A stretch of DNA of 48,080 nucleotides from Flavitalea sp. Lineage in GTDB: Bacteria; Bacteroidota; Bacteroidia; Chitinophagales; Chitinophagaceae. Shown piece after piece: positions 17,828-25,819 of the stretch. The notes under the pieces were generated by a model. It was not told the origin of the DNA. It did not search any database and was given only the letters and a program-made list of their open reading frames with translations. Every line of letters starts with the position of its first letter. The first letter of the stretch is position 1. A program made the position numbers and the translations under genes. The DNA lies in contig DATLDA010000057.1 of assembly GCA_035526135.1 (NCBI GenBank), positions 1-48,080 on the forward strand, in the 5' to 3' direction.

Positions 17828-18757
17828 ATGAAGTTTCCTCTGTCCCCGGTTATAGATGTACACCAAGCCTGTTTGCAAAAATTAAACCACGAAACATTCA
17901 ACCATCGTCGATTGAGCGCAAGCGTTCTGCGCCTCGACCTGATCCATCCGGTGATCAGTGGAAACAAATGGTTCAAATTGAAAAATTATATAAGCATGGC
18001 GCAGCATGCGAATAAAAAAGGAGTCCTGACTTTCGGCGGCGCCTATTCGAATCATCTGCACGCAACAGCCGCAATCTGTCATCTTGAGGGAATATCAGCA
18101 GTGGGTGTTATTCGTGGTGAGCGCCCTCGTGAACTTTCCCCAACGCTCATAGATTGTGAAAACCTTGGGATGCAATTAATATTTATTTCCAGGAATGCAT
18201 ATCGGCATCCGGAGGAACTGCAGAAAACTTTTTCACACCAGTACCCGGATCTTTTATTGGTTGCTGAGGGCGGACAAGGTGATCCCGGCATTACCGGAGC
18301 GGCGGAAATTATGGAACTGCATGATTTTTCCGGCTTCACACATGTCCTTTGTGCAGTCGGTACAGGCACCATGTGTGCAGGTATTTTGCGGAAATTGAAG
18401 AACGGCCAGCAATTGTTGGGAGTAAATGTGATAAAGATACCGTCGGGAGAAAATAATCTATCCTCATTTATTGCTAATCAATCCAGTCGGGCTACTGCAA
18501 CGTTGTACTACGATTATCATTTCGGCGGATACGCAAAATATTCCACCCGCCTGCTCACTTTTATGAATGAATGGTATTCCCGGTTTGACATGGAAAGCGA
18601 TTTCGTGTACACGGGAAAATTATTTTTTGCGTTTGACGACCTGTTGAAAAAAGAATATTTTCAACAGGGTGACAATATTCTTCTGATTCACAGCGGGGGG
18701 CTTCAGGGGAACCGATCATTACCTACTGGGTCATTGACATTTGAAACGCACAATTAG
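17828..18757 (+). CDS. PLP-dependent ACC deaminase / D-cysteine desulfhydrase family protein
   Basis: ISGNKWFKLK (the PLP-lysine motif GNKxRKL type), TFGGAYSNH, and a C-terminal LIHSGG block. Confidence 0.75.
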   Translation: MKFPLSPVIDVHQACLQKLNHETFNHRRLSASVLRLDLIHPVISGNKWFKLKNYISMAQHANKKGVLTFGGAYSNHLHATAAICHLEGISAVGVIRGERPRELSPTLIDCENLGMQLIFISRNAYRHPEELQKTFSHQYPDLLLVAEGGQGDPGITGAAEIMELHDFSGFTHVLCAVGTGTMCAGILRKLKNGQQLLGVNVIKIPSGENNLSSFIANQSSRATATLYYDYHFGGYAKYSTRLLTFMNEWYSRFDMESDFVYTGKLFFAFDDLLKKEYFQQGDNILLIHSGGLQGNRSLPTGSLTFETHN

Positions 18758-19674
18758 AATTCTTTAGGAATATACAATCTATGCTTCTCTTTGAGTTTAC
18801 CCTCTTCATACAATTCAAACCGGAACCATCCCGCATGAAGAAAATTTGCTTTGTCAAGCGTAAGCAGCGGTTCCTTTACCTGTTGTATTTCAAAAAGGGG
18901 TGAATTATTTTCTTCAAAAAATCTGACCGAATAGAGTTTGCTTTTAGCTTCAGGAAGTACAATCATTACATTTCCTTCCTTTTCCGTGAACACATACTGT
19001 GATGGCTTATAAACTACTTTGGGTACAAAGGGTTTTATAACAATGGTATCTGCAGTCCGAAAAACGAGCGTATCGCGTGTTTTGTTGACAATGGAGTCCC
19101 GGAATTGCCGAAAGTTGCTTTCAGGGAATTCTGTAACGATCGAATCAAGCCTTTTTACAATAAAAATCTTTTCTGGTTTTTTTTCTTCTGGTGCAATTGA
19201 GTCAGGAACTTTGAGATTAGACAATTTCTCCCTTATTTTTTCAGCCTCTTTTTCATTCAGGCTATCTGAAACAATTACTCTTTTATTGCCAGGCAAATTA
19301 TTTTTTTCAACAGGGGGCCGTACTACTTTGGCAGTATCCCAAAATGCCCGCTTCGAGCGGGTGAATAAGTATTTTCCGCTGTCAAGCACAATAAATAAGC
19401 GGTAGAACATATACGGTGTCGTTGCTTTGGTATCAACAAATCCGTTCTGGGGAATGTGTGGATCAGGAACCGCAAGAATCGTTTGAAAATTCCGTGTGCT
19501 GTCGAGTGATCGTTGAATATTGATTTGAGTTACGACTGGATACAAATTCGTCCAGCTGATAATCACTCTGTTATTTCCACGTGTTTTGGCAGTAAACTTC
19601 GGAAGTGTATCCTGCGCTGCAACGGAAACACTCATGATCGTCAACAATAAAACCAGCCGGTATTTCCTTGCCAT
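18754..19674 (-). CDS. Hypothetical secreted protein
   Basis: Signal peptide MARKYRLVLLLTIMSVSVAAQD, a possible FN3-like N-terminal beta domain, and a Lys/Glu-rich linker. No family was recognised. Confidence 0.55.
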   Translation of the reverse strand: MARKYRLVLLLTIMSVSVAAQDTLPKFTAKTRGNNRVIISWTNLYPVVTQINIQRSLDSTRNFQTILAVPDPHIPQNGFVDTKATTPYMFYRLFIVLDSGKYLFTRSKRAFWDTAKVVRPPVEKNNLPGNKRVIVSDSLNEKEAEKIREKLSNLKVPDSIAPEEKKPEKIFIVKRLDSIVTEFPESNFRQFRDSIVNKTRDTLVFRTADTIVIKPFVPKVVYKPSQYVFTEKEGNVMIVLPEAKSKLYSVRFFEENNSPLFEIQQVKEPLLTLDKANFLHAGWFRFELYEEGKLKEKHRLYIPKEF

Positions 19675-19779
19675 GTATTTCTAACGTATGAACAACAAGT
19701 GTATTTTACACTTTGTAAAGATAGTTGAAACGAAAGGGAGAATGAGATAGTTGAGTGTATCGATCCGGATATAAATTTC

Positions 19780-20520
19780 CTATAGTTCAATGGGTTGTTG
19801 AGATGCGTGAATAATTTCCGATTCGAAAACATCCCCGAAATGACCCACTAATCTTTTTTTCACAACGTCCATTGACACTTCTCTCCCTAATTCCTTTTTT
19901 AGTGAAGTAACTTGTTTGTCAGGTATGCCACACGGAATTATCTGATTGAAGTAATCCAGATCAGTGTTTACATTTAAAGCAAATCCATGCATGGTAATCC
20001 ATCTGCTGCAACGGACCCCGATCGCACAGATCTTCCGTTGTTTACCTGGCACGAGGGGATCTATCCATACACCCGTTTCGCCTTTACTTCTTTCACCTTG
20101 TAACCCGAAATCTGCCATCACGCGGATAACAACTTCCTCCAGGTTGCGGAGATACCTGCCTATATCGCGATAAAATTTTTCGAGGTCGAGAATCGGATAA
20201 CCTACCAGTTGGCCAGGACCGTGAAAGGTGATGTCACCACCACGGTTCGTTTTGAAAAATTCTATTCCTGTTTTTTGTAATTGCGGCATCGTAACAAGAA
20301 CATGCTCCATCAATCCGCTTTTTCCCAGTGTATAAACGGGTGGATGTTCTACAAACAATAAATGGTGGGTGGTTTCTTCTTCTGCAATTAAAGCTTCAGG
20401 TCCTATTCCAGTCTTTGTGGCCGACTTCCTTAATGCATTCTCCTTTAATAAAAGTTCCTGCAGATTCCAGGCAGTCTGGTAATCGATCATTCCGAGGTCC
20501 TTAAATAGTATTGTTTGCAT
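19780..20520 (-). CDS. lipB: Lipoyl(octanoyl) transferase
   Basis: RGGDITFHGPGQLVGYPILDL and KICAIGVRCSRWITMHGFALNV motifs. The track start at 20769 adds 83 residues of non-homologous sequence. The start at 20520 (MQTILFKDLGMIDY) has a -7 box 9 nt upstream. Confidence 0.9.
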   Translation of the reverse strand: MQTILFKDLGMIDYQTAWNLQELLLKENALRKSATKTGIGPEALIAEEETTHHLLFVEHPPVYTLGKSGLMEHVLVTMPQLQKTGIEFFKTNRGGDITFHGPGQLVGYPILDLEKFYRDIGRYLRNLEEVVIRVMADFGLQGERSKGETGVWIDPLVPGKQRKICAIGVRCSRWITMHGFALNVNTDLDYFNQIIPCGIPDKQVTSLKKELGREVSMDVVKKRLVGHFGDVFESEIIHASQQPIEL

Positions 20521-20529
20521 ATGCAGGTA

Positions 20530-20537
20530 CAAAGATA
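20530..20537 (-). promoter_or_regulatory. Bacteroidota -7 promoter box TAnnTTTG (TATCTTTG on the minus strand)
   Basis: Exact motif 9 nt upstream of the lipB ATG. Confidence 0.45.
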
Positions 20538-20614
20538 CAAGCCATATGGTTAATTGATAACACGGGTAAATCGCTGATTGAAATCGTCGTGCTATCATAT
20601 AAAGTATGCCCTCG

Positions 20615-20622
20615 TACATTTG
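20615..20622 (+). promoter_or_regulatory. Bacteroidota -7 promoter box TAnnTTTG (TACATTTG)
   Basis: Exact motif 4 nt upstream of the ATG at 20627 and downstream of the track start at 20606. This argues for the 20627 start and a near-leaderless mRNA. Confidence 0.45.
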
Positions 20623-20626
20623 CAGA

Positions 20627-21691
20627 ATGGATAAGAATAGTTTGTATGAAGAGCCAGGTGAAGCTTCGGAAGAATTATACGAGCGGCTCAATCTGATCGT
20701 TGACAAAGGACAGGAGCCCATGCGTCTGGATAAATTTCTCACTGCAAGGATTGAAGGTGCTTCCCGCAATAAAATTCAACAGGCCATTGAATCAGGCAGG
20801 GTATTGATCAATGGCCAGACAGTGCAGGCAAATCACCGAATCAAACCAGGAGAGGAAATTGTTTTGTATTCGGATAAAGAAGTGCATGGCGAAAAGATCA
20901 TACCGGAAAAAATGGACCTCGATATTGTTTTCGAAGATGAAGAAATTCTCATTATCAATAAACCAGTAGGCCTGGTTGTACATCCTGCTTCCGGCAATCC
21001 TTCTGGAACTCTGATCAATGGTGTAGCTTATTATTTGTTACAGGAGGACAACAGTCGCTCCGAAGAAAATCTTCCCCGCTTTGGGTTGGTACACAGGATC
21101 GACAAGAATACCAGCGGACTGATGGTTTTGGCTAAAACAGAGAAAGCTGTTGCGAGTTTGGCGAAAGAATTTTTCGAGCATACTATTCACCGTTACTACG
21201 TGGCTGTTGTTTGGGGAGATGTGCGCAACGATGAAGGAACGATCAGGGCACATATCGGCAGACATAAAAGATTTCGTAAAATCTTTGATGCCTATCCTGA
21301 AGGAGACTCCGGCAAGGAAGCTGTCACGCATTACAAAGTCTTGGAACGATTCGGTTATGTGACTTTAATACAATGTGAGTTGGAAACTGGCCGTACACAT
21401 CAGATCCGTGTTCATATGAAACATATCGGTCACCCACTTTTCAATGATGAATTATATGGTGGAGATAAAATTGTAAAAGGAACGGTATTCAGCAAATACA
21501 AGCAGTTCGTTCATAATTGTTTTGAGATTTGCCCCCGGCACGCACTGCATGCAAAATCTATCGGGTTCATACATCCGAAAAGCCGTAAAGAAGTACGATT
21601 TGATAGTGAAATACCAAAAGACATGTCACAATTGATTGAAAAATGGCGTGGGTACAGTCAGAGCAGAATAACAAAAGGTGAAACAAATTAA
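20627..21691 (+). CDS. rluD: RluA-family 23S rRNA pseudouridine synthase (RluD-like) with S4 domain
   Basis: S4 domain RLDKFLTARIEGASRNKIQQAIESGRVLINGQ, catalytic HRIDKNTSGLMVLAK, and TGRTHQIRVH. Confidence 0.88.
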   Translation: MDKNSLYEEPGEASEELYERLNLIVDKGQEPMRLDKFLTARIEGASRNKIQQAIESGRVLINGQTVQANHRIKPGEEIVLYSDKEVHGEKIIPEKMDLDIVFEDEEILIINKPVGLVVHPASGNPSGTLINGVAYYLLQEDNSRSEENLPRFGLVHRIDKNTSGLMVLAKTEKAVASLAKEFFEHTIHRYYVAVVWGDVRNDEGTIRAHIGRHKRFRKIFDAYPEGDSGKEAVTHYKVLERFGYVTLIQCELETGRTHQIRVHMKHIGHPLFNDELYGGDKIVKGTVFSKYKQFVHNCFEICPRHALHAKSIGFIHPKSRKEVRFDSEIPKDMSQLIEKWRGYSQSRITKGETN

Positions 21692-21783
21692 AAATTAAAA
21701 ATTTAAAATTAAAAATGAAAAAGAATAAGAATGACAAACCGAATGAACAAATGAAGTAGTTTTTTAATTTTTAATTTTTAATT
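21688..21783. repeat. Inverted pair of AAAAATT/AAAAATG heptad arrays across a convergent spacer
   Basis: The left arm aaaaatt aaaaatt taaaatt aaaaatg begins at the rluD stop. The right arm ttttaat x3 (21761-21783) overlaps the stop of the minus-strand gene. Confidence 0.75.
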
Positions 21784-22722
21784 GGCTTCAAAATCGAAGA
21801 GCGTTGCTGTAAAAACGCTGTGTTCTCTTTTCTTTAATACGGCATCCCAGTTTCCGTTGTATCGAAGCACTTTTGGTACTAGAAAGTTTTTGAATTTAGT
21901 CATCTCCACTTCCACATGAACATCGAAATCGTATACGCCGGCGCCGTAACTCAGGTCGTAATTACGGGCCACGATCTCCCAGGAATCCGTACGAAACCAT
22001 GTCGTCATCTCATTAATTACGATATCATTTTTTTCACTTCGGGTTAGATCGGCGCGCGGAGAAATTTTAAAGACATAACAGTTCTCGCCATTCAGCGGCT
22101 GGATGTCGATCACGAAATCATACTTCGGTGAAACCTCATCATCAAACAATGCGACTTTGTTTCCAATGAAAGGTATGCCGGGTATTTTGGTGCCGGGATT
22201 AAAAAAAAGCATTTTCAACTGTTCCTTGTGTTTTGCCATTCCACTTTTTCCTTTCAGCCGCAATTCTGAATTCCCAACGATATTCGTTTCTCCGCAGATG
22301 GTGTCTAATGCAAAAAACAGCCCTGCATACATTTCAAGCGTATAATAATTAAATTCCTTTTTTGCATTATAAATGTCACCCTTAACCTGTTCGGATTGAA
22401 CACTCATCCATCTGCATCTGTTACCCACATGTTGCCGCGTCCGGCTGCGAAGTGATGCTTTCACTTTCCCTTTCTTGTCAAGCATCTGCACATCATTCAA
22501 AGCTGTATATCCCAATATTTTCAAATTCTTGAAGGCCTTGTAGAATGTCGTGTCGTTTTTCACTCTGTCGATGAAGGCTGGAACGTTGAGATTGCTCCGG
22601 ACCACGACTTCTTTCAGCGTAAGTACTTTTTTTTCAAGCGTGATGGTTGAATCCTGAGCGAGCAGGGCGCAACCCGGCAGGATCATCATCATCAGAATTA
22701 TGCACCGCCACATGAACACCAT
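21778..22722 (-). CDS. Hypothetical secreted protein
   Basis: Hydrophobic N-terminus (ILMMMILPGCALLAQD). The gene lies just downstream of def on the same strand. No family was recognised. Confidence 0.55.
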   Translation of the reverse strand: MVFMWRCIILMMMILPGCALLAQDSTITLEKKVLTLKEVVVRSNLNVPAFIDRVKNDTTFYKAFKNLKILGYTALNDVQMLDKKGKVKASLRSRTRQHVGNRCRWMSVQSEQVKGDIYNAKKEFNYYTLEMYAGLFFALDTICGETNIVGNSELRLKGKSGMAKHKEQLKMLFFNPGTKIPGIPFIGNKVALFDDEVSPKYDFVIDIQPLNGENCYVFKISPRADLTRSEKNDIVINEMTTWFRTDSWEIVARNYDLSYGAGVYDFDVHVEVEMTKFKNFLVPKVLRYNGNWDAVLKKREHSVFTATLFDFEAN

Positions 22723-22742
22723 ATCACCTCCCCCGTTTTATT

Positions 22743-23321
22743 TTATTTGGGAAAAGCCATCTTGTAATCCACTTTTATTTTCCCTTTTGTGATATCATCC
22801 AATTTCCCTCTGAGAAGTTTTCTTTTGAGAGGTTTGAGATAATCAATAAATAGTTTCCCCTCTATATGATCATATTCATGGAGAATGACTCTTGCGGTAA
22901 GTCCGTTGAATGTCTGAACCTGCGGCATGAATTGTTCATCCAGAAAAGAGACGGTCACTTCCGCCGGGCGATATACATCTTCCCGTATTTTTGGAATGCT
23001 CAGGCATCCTTCATTATAAGACCACTCCTCCCCGCTTACTTCACGGATACTTGCGTTGATAAAAACCTGTTTCATTCCCGGATTATCGGGATATTTCAAT
23101 TTATCCGATTCATCTAAACCTTCAAATATTTGTGTACTATCGACAACAAATAACCTGATGTCTTTATTGACCTGTGGTGCTGCAAGTCCTACCCCATTGC
23201 TGGAATACATCGTTTCCCACATGTCTTCAATAAGTTTTTGAAGTCCCGGATACGATGCGTCCAATTCCCTGCAGACGGTTCGTAACACGGGAGCTCCATA
23301 TGCGATGATGGGTAAAATCAT
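22743..23321 (-). CDS. def: Peptide deformylase
   Basis: GVGLAAPQV, EGCLSIP and HEYDHIEG motifs. Confidence 0.95.
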   Translation of the reverse strand: MILPIIAYGAPVLRTVCRELDASYPGLQKLIEDMWETMYSSNGVGLAAPQVNKDIRLFVVDSTQIFEGLDESDKLKYPDNPGMKQVFINASIREVSGEEWSYNEGCLSIPKIREDVYRPAEVTVSFLDEQFMPQVQTFNGLTARVILHEYDHIEGKLFIDYLKPLKRKLLRGKLDDITKGKIKVDYKMAFPK

Positions 23322-23360
23322 ATTACTTCAAAAAAGAGGTGCAAAGATGAGGAGAAATGA

Positions 23361-23490
23361 AATAATTAATAATTAATAATTAATAATTGTAATCAGTAAT
23401 TAGGAGTACTGTTAGAGTTGGTATCGGCTTTTGATGGTTTCAGGGCATGCTATTCATTCGGCAACCCCTTTAATTATTAATTGTTAATTC
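23361..23490. repeat. Inverted pair of AATAATT / TTAATTN heptad arrays between ruvX and def
   Basis: Left arm: aataatt x4, gtaatca, gtaatta (23361-23402). Right arm: ttaatta ttaattg ttaattc (23470-23490). The spacer is about 67 nt. Confidence 0.75.
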
Positions 23491-23499
23491 CCCATTGCA

Positions 23500-23913
23500 T
23501 TACTGCCTGTCCCGAATGTATTCCTGCAGCAGTATGGTGGCGGCAATCTCATCAACAAGCGCTTTATTCCGTCTTTGTTTTTTTTTCATTCCCATATCGA
23601 TCATCGCACGGGTGGCCAGTTTTGATGTGAATCGTTCATCGACCTTTTTAACAGGAATCAACGGAAATTCTTTTTGAAGTCTGGCAAAGGCCTTTTCAAC
23701 GAGGGGTGTTGCATGGGTGTCCGTATCATCCCAGTTTTTTGGTTCTCCGATCAAAATGAGCTCTACCTGTTCCTTCAAAAAATATTCTTTCAGCCAGTTA
23801 AAAAGTCGGGGTGTTTCAAGCGTGGTAAGACCGGTGGCAATAATCTGCAGCGGGTCTGTAACGGCAATGCCTGTACGCTTTAATCCGTAATCAATAGCAA
23901 GTATCCGTGCCAC
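23500..23913 (-). CDS. ruvX: Holliday junction resolvase-like protein RuvX (YqgF)
   Basis: ILAIDYGLKRTGIAVTD N-terminus, about 137 aa, YqgF pattern. Confidence 0.9.
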   Translation of the reverse strand: MARILAIDYGLKRTGIAVTDPLQIIATGLTTLETPRLFNWLKEYFLKEQVELILIGEPKNWDDTDTHATPLVEKAFARLQKEFPLIPVKKVDERFTSKLATRAMIDMGMKKKQRRNKALVDEIAATILLQEYIRDRQ

Positions 23914-23953
23914 GTTGATTTTTTATACAGGAATTTTCTAATCCATTGGTTCA

Positions 23954-24877
23954 TTAAACAACCGCAAACATATCCACGATAACAAAAACGGCAAAAACAA
24001 GGCTTGCGATTCCGTTTGCTGTCATAAATGCAAGATTCACCCGGCTCAGGTTATCGTGTTGAATAATAGTATGCTGGTACAGTAACATTCCGGAAAAAGC
24101 CGCCGTTCCGAGCCAGTAGAGGAACCTGAACTGACCATACAAGCCAGCCAAAATAACAAATGCAACAGAAAAGAGATGCAGCCATTCTGATATACGCATG
24201 GCTTTTTTCCGGCCAACCGAAGCAGGAATCGAGTGTAACCGTTGTGAGCGATCAAATTCCTCGTCCTGCAAAGCATAAATTATATCAAAACCACTCACCC
24301 AGAACAATACAACCGCAGAAAACAGAAGGGGCAGTATACCGAATGCACCGGTGACAGCAATATAAGCGCCAATCGGAGCTAAGGCGAGGCCCGCTCCCAG
24401 TACAAGATGACACAACGCAGTAAATCTTTTCGTATAACTGTAAAAGAGAATGATAAACAATGCCACGGGCGCGAGAATGAAACACATTACATTTATGAAC
24501 CAGGTGCAAATCAGAAATGCAACGCAGTTGAATACAACAAAACGAATGGCGCTGTCTCTTGATATCAATCCCGCCGGAATTTCCCTGATGGAAGTACGGG
24601 GGTTTAAGGAATCAAATTTTGCATCCAGCCACCGATTGAAGGCCATTGCAGCACTTCGAGCAAAAACCATACACAACAATACAAGTACAAAACGGATGAT
24701 TACAGTCTTCCATCCCAGCAGAGATAAATTGGAGCTCCATCCATTGGAATGGTTCAAACTCCAACCACCAATATTCGTTTTCAATAATGCGAGAAAAAAA
24801 CCAATCATTGCGAAGGGCATCGCAAATATGGTATGTGAAAATTTTACCAGGCTTAAATAACGTTTGACCAGTTCCAT
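23954..24877 (-). CDS. UbiA family aromatic prenyltransferase
   Basis: Eight to nine TM segments. Asp-rich motifs NRWLDAKFD and YALQDEEFD. Confidence 0.8.
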   Translation of the reverse strand: MELVKRYLSLVKFSHTIFAMPFAMIGFFLALLKTNIGGWSLNHSNGWSSNLSLLGWKTVIIRFVLVLLCMVFARSAAMAFNRWLDAKFDSLNPRTSIREIPAGLISRDSAIRFVVFNCVAFLICTWFINVMCFILAPVALFIILFYSYTKRFTALCHLVLGAGLALAPIGAYIAVTGAFGILPLLFSAVVLFWVSGFDIIYALQDEEFDRSQRLHSIPASVGRKKAMRISEWLHLFSVAFVILAGLYGQFRFLYWLGTAAFSGMLLYQHTIIQHDNLSRVNLAFMTANGIASLVFAVFVIVDMFAVV

Positions 24878-25423
24878 TCACAAAAAATTTCTTTGTTTAT
24901 TCATTGTAGTCCGTACCAGTTCCCACAACACAATTCCTGCGGCGACTGAGATGTTGAGTGAATGTTTCATACCAGTCTGGGGAATTTCAATACTACCATC
25001 ACAAAGATTAAGGACTTCCTGTTGAACGCCGTGCACTTCATTGCCAAAGATCAATGCCACCGGTTGGCCTCCCGAGGTAAATCGATCGAGTTGCACACTT
25101 TCTGACGTTTGCTCCACTGCGAAAACGGTATAATGCTGCAATCTGAGTTCTGCAATTGCTTCTACAGTAGTTGTGCAGTATTTCCAGTGAACGGTGTCTG
25201 TAGCGCCAAGAGCTGTTTTCTCAATATCACGATGAGGAGGCCGCGGTGTGTAGCCACATAAAATAAGCTGTTGGATAAGAAAGGCATCCGCCGTTCTGAA
25301 AACACTACCCACATTATGCATGCTGCGGATATTGTCAAGCACCACCACGATGGGATTTTTCTCAGCTGCACGAAATCCCTGCACACTTTTCCGGTTCAAT
25401 TCATCCATGCTGAGCTTGTGCAT
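24878..25423 (-). CDS. SpoU/TrmH family RNA 2'-O-methyltransferase
   Basis: VVLDNIRSMHNVGSVFRTADAF, ALIFGNEVHGV and IEIPQTGMKHSLNISVAAGIVLWE. The track start at 25534 translates repeat sequence. The ATG at 25423 has a -7 box 5 nt upstream. Confidence 0.85.
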   Translation of the reverse strand: MHKLSMDELNRKSVQGFRAAEKNPIVVVLDNIRSMHNVGSVFRTADAFLIQQLILCGYTPRPPHRDIEKTALGATDTVHWKYCTTTVEAIAELRLQHYTVFAVEQTSESVQLDRFTSGGQPVALIFGNEVHGVQQEVLNLCDGSIEIPQTGMKHSLNISVAAGIVLWELVRTTMNKQRNFL

Positions 25424-25428
25424 GGGCG

Positions 25429-25436
25429 CAAAGGTA
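25429..25436 (-). promoter_or_regulatory. Bacteroidota -7 promoter box TAnnTTTG (TACCTTTG on the minus strand)
   Basis: Exact motif 5 nt upstream of the methyltransferase ATG at 25423. Confidence 0.45.
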
Positions 25437-25447
25437 GGGGGACTTCG

Positions 25448-25720
25448 TAGTTCACAGTTCACAGTTCTCAGTTGCTTGTCACTGGTTGCTGGTTCCTCAA
25501 ATACAACAGCGTATTTTCCATTCCCATTCCCCATACCTCAATCACAGACAATCGACTACAGTTGGACCAACGACCATAGACCATTGACGACGGACATTAA
25601 TCATTGTATATACTGTGAAACTCTTTCTTTATTCATTTCTATTGTCGGTCGTCTATCGTCGGATGTCCATCGTACTCGTCTATTGTCGATCGTCTATGGT
25701 CGGTGGTCTATATTCGGTGA
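25448..25720. repeat. Composite of several heptad-periodic arrays filling the divergent spacer
   Basis: tagttca cagttca cagttct cagttgc ttgtcac tggttgc tggttcc (25448-25496); cattcc/ccatacc words (25516-25545); gaccaac gaccata gaccatt gacgacg gacatta (about 25565-25599). An imperfectly complementary array ggtcgtctatcgtcggatgtccatcgtactcgtctattgtcgatcgtctatggtcggtggtctat lies at about 25647-25711. Confidence 0.75.
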
Positions 25721-25806
25721 TCCAAGGTTAAAAACAGCGTTTCACCGTTTTCTTCCCAACTTCTCCACAATATTTCCTCCCATGTTTACAGCGGGATCAA
25801 AGCCGC

Positions 25807-25814
25807 TATTTTTG
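25807..25814 (+). promoter_or_regulatory. Bacteroidota -7 promoter box TAnnTTTG (TATTTTTG)
   Basis: Exact motif 5 nt upstream of the mutS ATG at 25820. Confidence 0.4.
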
Positions 25815-25819
25815 TTTTC

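Noticed and set aside
19696-19722. Hairpin acaagtgta-ttt-tacactttgt as a lipB terminator
   Set aside because: The stem is short and bulged, the loop is 3 nt, and the U-tract is poor. It is too weak to call.
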